This document shows positions 19,745 to 29,354 of a stretch of 33,676 bases of DNA, piece by piece. Below the pieces are notes generated by a model. It was not told the DNA's origin and did no database searches. It worked only from the letters and a program-made list of their open reading frames with translations. Numbering within the stretch: position 1 is the first letter of the stretch; each line of letters starts with the position of its first letter. The stretch is from IMG/VR virus record IMGVR_UViG_3300037010_001573, positions 128,001 through 161,676 of that record. One strand, 5' to 3'. The stretch is from a virus (Duplodnaviria; Heunggongvirae; Uroviricota; Caudoviricetes). Both the position numbers and the translations under genes were made by a program.

Positions 19745-21562
19745 TTAAAATGTACGCACTCGACCTTGGATGTCTAAATCTGGAAATCTAATCTCAAATA
19801 TAGCAGGATCTAATGAAGGATATAAAACATCACTTCTAATAGCACCAACAACATCATAACTATAAGGAGAATAATTTCCTCCTGATTTATTCACAAAATC
19901 AAATTTAACAACTGATTGAACCCCTGGTACCTGAAGTAACAATGAATATATAGTAGATAATATGATAGGTTGATTTATTTGCCATTTATCAATATTAAAA
20001 TAATCAATGATTTTATTAATACAGTTAGATATAATTTGATTACTATTTAAACCCGGAATTACGGTGATATCAAAATTTATACCTAAATTTATATAAAAGG
20101 CATCTTTTATAATAACTGAATCTGTAGCCATTATAAAAGGAGAAATATATTGTTTTAAATTTGATTTTAACTCATTAGAAGCATTTTCTAATTTTTTATC
20201 ATCATTGTAAGCTAAAACATACATAGATAACGCTAATGGATTGTTATCTATTAAAGGATCAACACCTGAATTAACAGACAAAGCAGATGCTTGTTCAACA
20301 TATACTTTAGAAATAGTACCAAATTCGGATGGCATGCTTAAAGCTCGTGTCATATAATCATCTTTAGTAACGGATCTTAACTGAGAAGAAAATGCATTTA
20401 ACGTGTTTAAACGAATTTCTTCTACAGTATCACCCCCCCTACCACCTGAAGCTGGTATTGCATTATTGACAATTAAAGTTGCTAAAGATGCATTAGTACG
20501 AAGTGGTTCATAAGCAAATATTCCGGCTGTTGATGGTATTGTATTTATATCGTTAGAAGGAACATTAGAATTTATCCCACCACCTGAAAGATATTGAACA
20601 TTTAATGTTAAATTTGATGGAACAAGACCATATTGTTTTGTATAAAAAACGGAAGCTTCATTATAATTATTAACTAAATCTGAAGTATCAGCAGACGGAA
20701 TTAATCCTAATTGAATTGTATCTGGTGTTGGTATTATATTCGTGTCTAATTCACTAACATACATCCCAGAACCAAATTGTAATTCAACAACATCATCTGT
20801 TTTAATTCTAGAAACAAAACGATTAGGTGTATCAATCATATTTATTAAATATGGAACTTTGTCTTTATTATAACCAGTATTCGTATTTTTATCTATAACA
20901 GTAGACTGAGCAAGATATGGAACTTCATACCATCTACTATTGTCATTTCCTTCACCATATACACTAAGTATTTGTAAAAAATTAGGATCATTAATTTCAA
21001 CAGAATTAAATTTAACAGGAACAGTAAATTGAAAACTTATTGTTTTCACTTCAGCTGATATTGCTCTTACTGATTTTTTAAACAGATATGTAGAACTATC
21101 ATATAAACTGATATCTACTGAACTTGTATCAGTAAAATCAACTTTAGATAATGTTATAAAATTAACACCTGTACTTACAGATTTAACAGATGTATTTTCT
21201 GGAATAATTAAAGCATAATCTAAAATAGGACTACCTCCCACCATTGGTACTCTTTGATAAAAATCTAAGACAGTAACAGAAGCATATGATGATTTTGGGC
21301 GATATCCTAATGAATATGCCATATTTAATAAATTAGATTTATCTTGGGCTGTTAATACAAAATTTTCTTGAATTTGGGTATCTGTATAAAAAGATAAAAC
21401 ATCTCCAACATAAGAAGCCATTTCAATAAACATACTTCCAGGTGATGCCTCAGAAAAATCAGTATATGTATTTGGAAAATAATTTTTAGCAAAATCAATT
21501 AATGATGCTTTATATTGAGTAAAATTCTTATTTATGTAAGATATATTTTTTTGTTGAGCCAT
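19745..21562 (-). CDS. Baseplate wedge protein (T4 gp6 / baseplate J-like)
   Basis: YTDFSEASPG..FIE..SYVGD, AYSLGY, LQFGSG, YLSGGG..SNV, ASGGRGGDT.EEIR and RSVTKDDY motifs. Confidence 0.88.
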   Translation of the reverse strand: MAQQKNISYINKNFTQYKASLIDFAKNYFPNTYTDFSEASPGSMFIEMASYVGDVLSFYTDTQIQENFVLTAQDKSNLLNMAYSLGYRPKSSYASVTVLDFYQRVPMVGGSPILDYALIIPENTSVKSVSTGVNFITLSKVDFTDTSSVDISLYDSSTYLFKKSVRAISAEVKTISFQFTVPVKFNSVEINDPNFLQILSVYGEGNDNSRWYEVPYLAQSTVIDKNTNTGYNKDKVPYLINMIDTPNRFVSRIKTDDVVELQFGSGMYVSELDTNIIPTPDTIQLGLIPSADTSDLVNNYNEASVFYTKQYGLVPSNLTLNVQYLSGGGINSNVPSNDINTIPSTAGIFAYEPLRTNASLATLIVNNAIPASGGRGGDTVEEIRLNTLNAFSSQLRSVTKDDYMTRALSMPSEFGTISKVYVEQASALSVNSGVDPLIDNNPLALSMYVLAYNDDKKLENASNELKSNLKQYISPFIMATDSVIIKDAFYINLGINFDITVIPGLNSNQIISNCINKIIDYFNIDKWQINQPIILSTIYSLLLQVPGVQSVVKFDFVNKSGGNYSPYSYDVVGAIRSDVLYPSLDPAIFEIRFPDLDIQGRVRTF

Positions 21563-21972
21563 TATGCAAAGTTAATAGTTACTGTATCAGAAACACCAGA
21601 AATCAGTATTTCATATTTTATTGTTATATTTAAAGTATTATCATCTAAATCAGGAATTATATCTATTGTCTTTACAGCAATATTAGGAATATATTTCGCT
21701 ACGCTTGTAGATATGCTGTTTTTTATATCCTCTAAAGAAGCATCATTAATCGGATTAAATAATTGATTTTTTAAAGTTGTACCAAAATCAGGATTTTCTA
21801 CTCTTTCACCTTGAGATGTTAAAACTAAATTAATAATATTATATTTTAATTGATCTACAGTAGAATAAACACTGTTAAAAACACCACCTGCATTAAAAGG
21901 TAAACTAACCCCTATAGCGGTGTTTTTTTGAAAATCTCGAGGGTCAACTCTACTAGTCCTGATGTATGACAT
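21562..21972 (-). CDS. Baseplate protein gp25/GPW-like
   Basis: NLVLTSQGERVENPDFGT.L...LF is the gp25 signature. Confidence 0.9.
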   Translation of the reverse strand: MSYIRTSRVDPRDFQKNTAIGVSLPFNAGGVFNSVYSTVDQLKYNIINLVLTSQGERVENPDFGTTLKNQLFNPINDASLEDIKNSISTSVAKYIPNIAVKTIDIIPDLDDNTLNITIKYEILISGVSDTVTINFA

Positions 21973-22355
21973 TATCCTATATTTCTAAAATTATTTATTT
22001 CAGCTGGATTATTTTTTAATTCATTAGCTATTTGAGCTAACATATCAGAATAAACATTTCCTTTAATATTAGGAATATTATTATTTTGATTAAGAGGATT
22101 ATCATTTATTTCAATAGGAGATATCATACCCATTTGATCCATTAAACTTTGTTTAAATGCTGGTTTTATATTATCTGTTGTAACATTTAAAGTAGGCCAT
22201 TCATCATTACTAGTTGATGTACTTGACACATTGTTATATGGCCTTCCAAAAGCAATGGATTCATTTAATTTTTGTTTTCCTAATTCCGCTAATTCTTCTT
22301 TAAGAACTTCTCTTACTGCTTCCTTAATAAGAGTTTTTAATTCATTTGTCTTCAT
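21972..22355 (-). CDS. Hypothetical virion-associated protein
   Basis: MKTNELKTLIKEAVREVLKEE leader; late motif 3 nt upstream (22359-22367). Confidence 0.7.
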   Translation of the reverse strand: MKTNELKTLIKEAVREVLKEELAELGKQKLNESIAFGRPYNNVSSTSTSNDEWPTLNVTTDNIKPAFKQSLMDQMGMISPIEINDNPLNQNNNIPNIKGNVYSDMLAQIANELKNNPAEINNFRNIG

Positions 22356-22366
22356 ATCTATAAATA

Positions 22367-23596
22367 TTAAGCTTCAATATTTTGGTTATTTATTTCTAAT
22401 TTTAATTCTTCAATTAACACGTTTGGATCTAATGTAAAAGACGGTTTTGATTGTAAAGCAATAAAACCACTTCTATCTAAAGCAACAGCATAACGTCTTT
22501 TATTTCCCGCGACTACATATCTTGGATCGTCTTCTTCTAATATTGAAAATGTAAATCCTTTATATTCAACCCCATCTACAGGACCTAAACCATTAGTAGA
22601 TTGTGATAATTCATAATCTAACATTGAATTTAATTCTGAAGGTGTGGTATCTTTATGTACAGCATCTAACACTTTATTTAAAGGTAATAATCTATTTTTC
22701 TCATATTGTATCTGAGATAGAAAACCATCTAAAACGCCAGATGAAACCTGCACTAATATTGATAATGATATAATAACTGGATTTATCTTTGCCATAATTC
22801 TAGATATCCTCACACCAATAGATGTTATAAAATATGGATCAAAAGGTACTACAGATAATACATTTAATATAAGATTAACAATAGATAATGTTCTGCTAAT
22901 ATTTTGAATAGTATTATTGATTCCTTGAATTTGATTTTCGGCTGAATTCAATGATAATAACGCAGCATTTCTAAGTATATTTGCTTTTTGAATATCTTGT
23001 TTTGTGTTTGCTTTTCTAATAGTATCATTTGTCTTGTCTACTAATATATCTAAATCTTGTATAGTTTGAGACATTCTATTTATTTGGTTATTTAAAACTC
23101 TAGATAAACCATATATAACGGCCGCGGGACCTGCTATGTTTATTATTTGTTGAAGATCTTTTTTTAAAGCTATTTTGTTGCTTTTTATTTTTTTATCTAA
23201 TCCTTCAATTTTAGTTTTATTTTGTTCTTTACTTTTATCGGTTTGATTTTTTAAACTTTTTTTAGCAAAAACAATATTCAAATGTTCTTGAGCTAGAATT
23301 ACATTTTTTTGAGCAGCTTCTAAAGCTTTATAAGATTGCTCAAATGTATTTTTCGCTTTTTTTTCTAATTTAACATTAGCTTCCTTTTTATCATTAACTT
23401 GGGAATTTAATATTTCATTATTATTTAAATCTACAGTAGATGATATATCATTCAAATCTTGAGAAGTAGCTCGTACAGTATTGTAAGAAGATTCAGCTTT
23501 ATCATATTGCCCTTTAGCAATTTGAAGTGCTTCGTTTGCTTCATCTAGTGCTTTTTTAAAAGCATCTATTTTATCTTTATTAATAACATCAGTCAT
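22367..23596 (-). CDS. Coiled-coil protein with internal hydrophobic segments
   Basis: 409 aa; long heptad-rich N-terminus and hydrophobic LSIVNLILNVLSVVP...IISLSILV region. Confidence 0.7.
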   Translation of the reverse strand: MTDVINKDKIDAFKKALDEANEALQIAKGQYDKAESSYNTVRATSQDLNDISSTVDLNNNEILNSQVNDKKEANVKLEKKAKNTFEQSYKALEAAQKNVILAQEHLNIVFAKKSLKNQTDKSKEQNKTKIEGLDKKIKSNKIALKKDLQQIINIAGPAAVIYGLSRVLNNQINRMSQTIQDLDILVDKTNDTIRKANTKQDIQKANILRNAALLSLNSAENQIQGINNTIQNISRTLSIVNLILNVLSVVPFDPYFITSIGVRISRIMAKINPVIISLSILVQVSSGVLDGFLSQIQYEKNRLLPLNKVLDAVHKDTTPSELNSMLDYELSQSTNGLGPVDGVEYKGFTFSILEEDDPRYVVAGNKRRYAVALDRSGFIALQSKPSFTLDPNVLIEELKLEINNQNIEA

Positions 23597-24798
23597 TATA
23601 TTGTGTTTGTTGTTTTAGATAATAAACTATCATTTTTTAACTGATTACTTAGTTTTTCTATAGCATCTTGAAGAGCAGTCCCCGCCGCATTTATGGATTG
23701 TAAAGTTGTTCCTTCTGGTGTTGATAATGTAGGCGCTACAGTTGATGCGAAATCACTCAAAGCTTTAGATAGTTCGGATAACCAAGATGTCATTTGTAAA
23801 CCCAATACAAGAGGTTCAGGTGATTGTGTTATATTTTCACTGGTAGGACCTAAAAATATTTGATCATCCTGCATTGTTATACCAACATTGTTGCTTTGTA
23901 AATAAATAGGACCCTGTGAATAATTTTCTATTCCTTTTCTCCCAAAAATCAACACTTCATCTTCTTTGGATGATATTATTGTACGATAAGCATTTATTAT
24001 TACTTGAGGTTTTATATAATCTGATATTCCTATAGGTAAAGTTATGTCACTTAATTTAACTTTTCCTATGTCTAATGATATAGATTGTTTTGATGTTAAA
24101 TAAATTGATGATCCATCTTTATTTATATCTTCAACAAACAGATCAGAATTAGGTAATTTATTACCATGTTGATTAGATAATATAGTTATTGGATTATTAG
24201 ATAATTCAAACGGGTTTGTAGACCAAGGAGATAAATCTTTATTTCCTTCTTTATTGGTACTTCCAAATCTAATGGAATTTCCAAATCTTCCTTCTAATAT
24301 ATAATCTCCCTCAAATGTTTGTATTCCTCTAAAATCTTGATTTTCATTAAATGATTTATATAAAGCAGTTTTATCATTATCTTTAAATAAACCATTGAAT
24401 TGAGGACTATTCCAAGCATTAATAACAGAAACATAATAAGTTTCCTCTGTTTTATTAGTAATAGGAGACGGAGCAGATGGTAAAACCATTAACATAACAA
24501 TCTCACCGGGTAGTGGAAAATATTTTTGATTAGGGTATAAAGGAAGAGCAGTAGATAACCCTTCTATAAAACTATCACTTAAGTTTTCCAAAGATAATTC
24601 TAAATCTTCTCTATATTCCTCATATAAAATAGTCCCAACACCATCCCAACCACCGTTAGAATCCCATACTTTTTTTGGAACACTTTGTTCATTTAATATA
24701 ACAGCATATACTTTTCCTACTTTGTATTCTTGAGGATTATTGTAATTATTGTAACCAATGTTAGCTGTAATACTAGATAAACTATTTCTTACTCTCAT
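23596..24798 (-). CDS. Baseplate hub/spike protein (gp5/gpV-like)
   Basis: OB-fold-like N-terminus (ALPL..FPLPGEIV), FEGDYILEGRFGNSIRFGS beta segment, C-terminal EPLVLG. Lies upstream of gp25. Confidence 0.7.
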   Translation of the reverse strand: MRVRNSLSSITANIGYNNYNNPQEYKVGKVYAVILNEQSVPKKVWDSNGGWDGVGTILYEEYREDLELSLENLSDSFIEGLSTALPLYPNQKYFPLPGEIVMLMVLPSAPSPITNKTEETYYVSVINAWNSPQFNGLFKDNDKTALYKSFNENQDFRGIQTFEGDYILEGRFGNSIRFGSTNKEGNKDLSPWSTNPFELSNNPITILSNQHGNKLPNSDLFVEDINKDGSSIYLTSKQSISLDIGKVKLSDITLPIGISDYIKPQVIINAYRTIISSKEDEVLIFGRKGIENYSQGPIYLQSNNVGITMQDDQIFLGPTSENITQSPEPLVLGLQMTSWLSELSKALSDFASTVAPTLSTPEGTTLQSINAAGTALQDAIEKLSNQLKNDSLLSKTTNTI

Positions 24799-25160
24799 TA
24801 TTTATTTTTAGTTGATGGTCCTTTTACACTATCTCCAATCTCTTGAACAACATTAAACAATTGTTCTTTCTCAGCATCACTTAAGAAATATCCACCAGTA
24901 GCATCAGGAGAAGTACTAGACATTGCTCTTTGAACAATACTTGCTAATTTAATAAGTTGTTCATCATTTTTAACACTAATATTAAGATGTTCTGCTATTA
25001 AAGGAATAATAATAACAGCTGATTGAGCGTCATGAACAAAAGGAGTTAAAGTTCCTATTAATTCTTTAATTTGTGTTTCTTTACTTTTTGAGTTTGAGTA
25101 AATATCTTTTAGTAAATCCGAAAATTTTTTCGAACCCCACATTACTTGATTAAAATCCAT
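24798..25160 (-). CDS. Hypothetical helical protein
   Basis: 120 aa; late motif GTATTTATA at 25175-25183. Confidence 0.7.
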   Translation of the reverse strand: MDFNQVMWGSKKFSDLLKDIYSNSKSKETQIKELIGTLTPFVHDAQSAVIIIPLIAEHLNISVKNDEQLIKLASIVQRAMSSTSPDATGGYFLSDAEKEQLFNVVQEIGDSVKGPSTKNK

Positions 25161-25188
25161 AAAATATTTTTGATTATAAATACAAAAA

Positions 25189-25941
25189 TTATATCCTTAC
25201 AAACCCTGTATCATAATACTCATTATACAATTCAAGATATATTTTTTTTAATTTTTTAGAAATTTTAGTTATTTGTGGTGTATCGACATCTATTATTCCT
25301 CTAATATAAACATAAAGATATTTTTTTTTAAATATATCTAAAGATTCCGATTTTCTGAATAGTTCTAAAATAGCATCAGCTGTTTTAGCATCAAGATCTT
25401 TAGGAAATAATTTTATTAAGTTTTTATCGACATATTTAATAAACAAAACCATAAACTCACTTATACTATAATCATCATTATAATGAGCGTTCATTGTTTC
25501 TTCTTTTATTCTTTTATTTTCATCTACTTCTTCTAAACCTCCTTTATCTTGTAATTTTTGATAATTTTTCTTATTTTTAGTAATCAAATAACGTTTAGCT
25601 ATTGTACCAAAATATGAATATGCTTTACCTTTTGCGGGTTTGTACAATCTTAATTTTTCTAAAAGAAAAATAATTACTTCCTGTTGTACATCTTCCACCG
25701 ACTCACCATCCGTATAATAAAACTTGAAAGTATGAATTATATTTTGTGTTAGTTTAAAAAAACCATATTCAATTCGCTCACGATATACTTTATCTCTAAA
25801 AACCTGATCAGTAGATGATACATATTCTATTATAGCGTTTTGTGTATCTTCTGTAAAATATGTATTAGATGTTTTAGGTTTACGTTTTCTGGGCTTCCCA
25901 GATTTAGTTAATTCAATAACTATATTATTTGTCTCTTCCAT
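25189..25941 (-). CDS. Phage sigma-70-like factor (probable late sigma, gp55-like)
   Basis: YF...QNAIIEY, EDVQQEVIIFLLEKLRLYKPAKGKAYSYFGTIAKRYL resembles sigma region 2. Confidence 0.75.
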   Translation of the reverse strand: MEETNNIVIELTKSGKPRKRKPKTSNTYFTEDTQNAIIEYVSSTDQVFRDKVYRERIEYGFFKLTQNIIHTFKFYYTDGESVEDVQQEVIIFLLEKLRLYKPAKGKAYSYFGTIAKRYLITKNKKNYQKLQDKGGLEEVDENKRIKEETMNAHYNDDYSISEFMVLFIKYVDKNLIKLFPKDLDAKTADAILELFRKSESLDIFKKKYLYVYIRGIIDVDTPQITKISKKLKKIYLELYNEYYDTGFVRI

Positions 25942-26206
25942 TTAAATTAAAATCATTTAATTCTTTCTGAAGTGTTTTAACACTTTCAAAAAACCAACCA
26001 ACTTCATCATCTGATTTAAATGCTCCTTTTTCATCAATTTCACCCAATCTTTTATCAGCAGTACCGATAACCTGGGATACATTTGTAATGTATTTATCCT
26101 GACTATCGACTATCGCTTCAAGTTTCTCAACTTTTCTAAATAAATTAAAAGAAATGTAACTTAATATAAGGACAATTATAATCAGAAATATAATTGTTGT
26201 TATCAT
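25925..26206 (-). CDS. Small membrane-anchored protein
   Basis: N-terminal hydrophobic helix followed by a coiled coil. Confidence 0.7.
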   Translation of the reverse strand: MITTIIFLIIIVLILSYISFNLFRKVEKLEAIVDSQDKYITNVSQVIGTADKRLGEIDEKGAFKSDDEVGWFFESVKTLQKELNDFNLNGRDK

Positions 26207-26209
26207 TTT

Positions 26210-26395
26210 TTAAAAATTTAATCCGTCTTCTTCGTTATTAATCATTCCTCGCAGATCATCTACCATTTCTTTTAAAAGAGTAATGTTATCCCTAATTTCT
26301 TCTATAGTAGATGCTCTACTAATTGAACTGTCTAATGAAGCAATTTTATTTGAAATTTTTTCAATTTTGTAAAGTGCTTGTTCTTTGTATTTCAT
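26210..26395 (-). CDS. Hypothetical protein
   Basis: 61 aa, directly downstream of the promoter at 26420-26450. Confidence 0.65.
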   Translation of the reverse strand: MKYKEQALYKIEKISNKIASLDSSISRASTIEEIRDNITLLKEMVDDLRGMINNEEDGLNF

Positions 26396-26419
26396 AATGT
26401 TTAAATTTATTAATTAGGG

Positions 26420-26450
26420 GATATATACGAACAGAATTGGTGGTATCCAA
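26420..26450 (-). promoter_or_regulatory. Early-type promoter for the operon containing the sigma factor
   Basis: TTGG-ATACCACCAATTCTG-TTCGTATATATC. Confidence 0.65.
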
Positions 26451-26520
26451 CTATCTCTTAAAGAATTTGCAAAACCAACAATTCATCAATAAATACATAT
26501 ATATAAAAATACATTCGAAC

Positions 26521-26547
26521 AAAAAACCCACCTTGTTGGGGTGGGTT
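26521..26547 (-). terminator. Intrinsic terminator
   Basis: AACCCACC/GGTGGGTT stem with a T-tract on the - strand, after the 26574 stop. Confidence 0.8.
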
Positions 26548-26573
26548 ATTATATTATATAATGTGGTGGTTGC

Positions 26574-27239
26574 TTATTTACTCCACTGTTTTTTATCTGC
26601 TTTAGCTTTGGCTTTTGCAGCCGGGCATTTAGCGTTTGTATTGAAAGTCATATCATTTTTATCGCCAGCAGGTTGGTCTTCTCCTTTACCTCTTTCTTTT
26701 TGCCATGCTTTATAATCTTCTACAGTATCAAATCCAAATTTTTTAGCATCATCCTCAAAACGTTTTTGAATACGTTTTTGATTAAGATCTTTTATAGCTG
26801 TTCTTTTTTCATTTGATGTTAAATCTTTTGCATTTTTAATAGAATCTAAAGTCTTAGCATAATCAGGTTTTATTTGAGCTTGAATACTTGGTGAACCTGC
26901 TAAAGCAGTTCCAACAGCAACAGCCGCAATTCCTTTCTTAATTTTATCACCCAATGACTCCATTAAATCTGCTTTAATTTCATCAGGTTTAACTTCTTTA
27001 ACACTAAAAGTAATAGCACTAGCTCTATCAAGAGCATCCATTGCTTTATTTTCCCATTTACTAACAGTAATAAAAACACATAATTTTTTACCATTTTTTA
27101 TATCAGGAATATCTTTAAAATTTTCAGTTCCAACACCTAATGTTGGGTTAACTTGTTTTAAAAACTTATTCATTAGATTAATCAAAGCTGCTTTGTCTTT
27201 ATCAGCAACAACAAAATATCTTGGTTGGTTATCTTCCAT
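26574..27239 (-). CDS. Probable virion protein with an internal signal-peptide-like segment
   Basis: DLMES then LGDKIKKGIAAVAVGTALAGSPSIQAQ; doubled late motif at 27252-27266. Confidence 0.7.
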   Translation of the reverse strand: MEDNQPRYFVVADKDKAALINLMNKFLKQVNPTLGVGTENFKDIPDIKNGKKLCVFITVSKWENKAMDALDRASAITFSVKEVKPDEIKADLMESLGDKIKKGIAAVAVGTALAGSPSIQAQIKPDYAKTLDSIKNAKDLTSNEKRTAIKDLNQKRIQKRFEDDAKKFGFDTVEDYKAWQKERGKGEDQPAGDKNDMTFNTNAKCPAAKAKAKADKKQWSK

Positions 27240-27265
27240 AATTATTTTTAATATAAATATAAATA

Positions 27266-28411
27266 TTATAAAATACCATTATCTCTAAGTATTTCTGATG
27301 TTATCCCATAATTGTTAGTACTATTAATAGCACTTTCTAATGTTTCATAAACTTCTTCATTAGGTGTTAAATCATAACCTTGCATCCCACCCATGGACTC
27401 TTCAGCATTTTCATATGTGTCATTCCCCATCCAAACATCGTTTATAACTTGATCTAAAACATCTCTAGACGGTTCAACATTAGGTTCAGCATATCTATCC
27501 AAAGCAACTCTTAAACGATTAATTAATTCATTAGTATTATTTGGAGCCACTCTTTCAATTTCTACAGGCATATGGTTATCTTGGAACGATGGTCGCATAA
27601 TATCATGTAATTTTTTTAATGTCTTTTTCTCTTTTAATTCTGGGGATAATAAATCGTAGTTAGTTTGTGTACATGTGGATAATTGTATCTGTATTAAGTT
27701 TAATATAGAGGCTGGCAACCCTGATTCCAGGGAATCAATTCTGTCATCTATAGCATTCCAAAATGATGTTTCTTTATCATAATCTTTATTTAAATTCTTA
27801 AATGCTGCTACTTTTAAACCACTTAATTTATTTATAACATATATCAATATACCACGACCTGTGTATTTTTTAAAATGGTTAGGATATTCCTCAGATGAAG
27901 TACACCACTTTGTTGATGCCCCATATTTTTTAGCAGACTCATATGTTAGTGGTTTTAAAACTAACCACTCATCGTTATCCATTAGTTTAAGAACTTGTTT
28001 TTCCATTTCTTTATCAACTAATTTCATTTCTGCAATGGATAATTGACATTCTAATTCTTCAAAATTTTTATAAGATGAAACATCTGGATTATTTATTAAT
28101 CCTCTTTCATTTAATTCCTCAAAACGTTTAATTGCTTTCAATTTTTCATATCCAAAAGATGAAAACATATTATATATTGAATGTAATTCAAAAAATGATT
28201 TATTCTTTATAATCTCTTTAGGAACATGAAATGCAGTTATTAATTCTTGTGAAATATCTTCTATTTCCTTATCTTTTTTATTGTCTTCTTCTTTTAATAG
28301 ATTTAAAAACAAATCAACATATTTACTTTTAGAAAAAACCCCAAACATAGCTTCTAAATTAAGTGGAGATATTGCTTGGTTTTGTTTTTTTAATTCATCA
28401 ATTTTTGCCAT
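27266..28411 (-). CDS. WC-motif (PcfJ-like) domain protein
   Basis: WLVLKPLTYESAKKYGASTKWCTS...ILIYVINK...FWNAIDD. Confidence 0.7.
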   Translation of the reverse strand: MAKIDELKKQNQAISPLNLEAMFGVFSKSKYVDLFLNLLKEEDNKKDKEIEDISQELITAFHVPKEIIKNKSFFELHSIYNMFSSFGYEKLKAIKRFEELNERGLINNPDVSSYKNFEELECQLSIAEMKLVDKEMEKQVLKLMDNDEWLVLKPLTYESAKKYGASTKWCTSSEEYPNHFKKYTGRGILIYVINKLSGLKVAAFKNLNKDYDKETSFWNAIDDRIDSLESGLPASILNLIQIQLSTCTQTNYDLLSPELKEKKTLKKLHDIMRPSFQDNHMPVEIERVAPNNTNELINRLRVALDRYAEPNVEPSRDVLDQVINDVWMGNDTYENAEESMGGMQGYDLTPNEEVYETLESAINSTNNYGITSEILRDNGIL

Positions 28412-28412
28412 A

Positions 28413-28679
28413 TTATTTTATTATTGTTATTGTTATTATGTATTTTATTATTAATAACCATACTAATATTGATGTTGCCATTAATAAATGTCCGTACTTT
28501 TCCCAAAAACGATCAATATGTGGTTTAACATATTCCATCAAATCTTCTTCATTTTCAATAAACATAAGTTCTGTTTCATTTGATTGTTTATATATCATTA
28601 TTATAACATACATTCCATATATTAATATAACGGGTGTTATTATAGGAAGTGTAAATAATCGTTTTAGAAATTCATTCAT
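28413..28679 (-). CDS. Small two-TM membrane protein (start revised to ATG 28679)
   Basis: MNEFLKRL start lies 21 nt downstream of the 28701-28731 promoter; two hydrophobic helices. Confidence 0.65.
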   Translation of the reverse strand: MNEFLKRLFTLPIITPVILIYGMYVIIMIYKQSNETELMFIENEEDLMEYVKPHIDRFWEKYGHLLMATSILVWLLIIKYIITITIIK

Positions 28680-28700
28680 ATCTGTATTATTTTTTAAGTT

Positions 28701-28731
28701 TAAATATATGAATTTTATTTTAAATACCCAA
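28701..28731 (-). promoter_or_regulatory. Early-type promoter
   Basis: TTGG-GTATTTAAAATAAAA-TTCATATATTTA. Confidence 0.65.
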
Positions 28732-28733
28732 GT

Positions 28734-28845
28734 TTGTATATACAAGATATTTTCAAAAAGAAATCGTAGAAAAAAGAAATTACATTCTATTATATTTTTA
28801 TCAAAATGGTTTTAAATGATTTTGCGATATATTTGTATATACAAA
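28734..28845. repeat. Two copies of the palindrome TTGTATATACAA (28734-28745; 14-bp version 28832-28845)
   Basis: Read directly; the copies are 99 bp apart. Confidence 0.85.
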
Positions 28846-28879
28846 ATGCATGGGTTGGTTTTCGTGGTTTATTTGTAGA

Positions 28880-29115
28880 TACGCGGCCTTCCATCGCGTC
28901 AAATGCGCGCCGTCGATGGACCGCAACGACCGTGGGCCCATTTCGCTAGCACCCCGCGCGCGCTGCGCTAGCGAGTGAGAGAGTCTGTTCTTTTTCCAGA
29001 AAACGGGACCCCTGGTCTTTTTTGCCGCGCGTGTATATTTGTTGTTCTTTTTACCACTCACAACATACAGTCGGGTTTTTCGGGACCCCTAGATCTCGAT
29101 CTCTAGTTTCCAGAC
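28880..29115. other. GC-rich hairpin-dense non-coding island (left)
   Basis: 68 of 100 bases are G+C in 28881-28980. Several stems; direct repeat CGGGACCCCT at 29004 and 29081. Confidence 0.75.
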
Positions 29116-29164
29116 AACTGGCAATACCCGCCCTTAAATCATCCGTTAACGTGATTAAATTAAT

Positions 29165-29188
29165 GAAGGTGTCCACTTGGACACCCTC
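29165..29188 (-). terminator. Hairpin, probable terminator of the small-ORF operon
   Basis: GGTGTCC-N4-GGACACC stem downstream of the 29237 stop; weak U-tract. Confidence 0.5.
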
Positions 29189-29236
29189 TATGTATTTAAA
29201 ATTATCGCTTGTTAAATCGCGCTTTCTATTTTTAAA

Positions 29237-29350
29237 CTACCAATATTTAGAAATGAAATGTATTACGACATACATCCCTAAACTAATCACTCCTAATACT
29301 AATACAGTAACTGGTATCATTATTATCTTTAATTGTTTTTCTGTTAACAT
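29237..29350 (-). CDS. 37-aa single-TM peptide
   Basis: Manual translation MLTEKQLKIIMIPVTVLVLGVISLGMYVVIHFISKYW; tight operon spacing. Confidence 0.6.
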   Translation of the reverse strand: MLTEKQLKIIMIPVTVLVLGVISLGMYVVIHFISKYW

Positions 29351-29354
29351 GTTT

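Noticed and set aside
28801-29061. 86-aa - strand ORF across the left island
   Set aside because: Non-ATG start, no promoter, and an Arg/Ala-rich composition unlike other genes. It is probably open only because of high GC.
28880-29115. tRNA genes in the GC-rich islands
   Set aside because: No cloverleaf, T-loop GTTCRA or acceptor stem found by eye on either strand.
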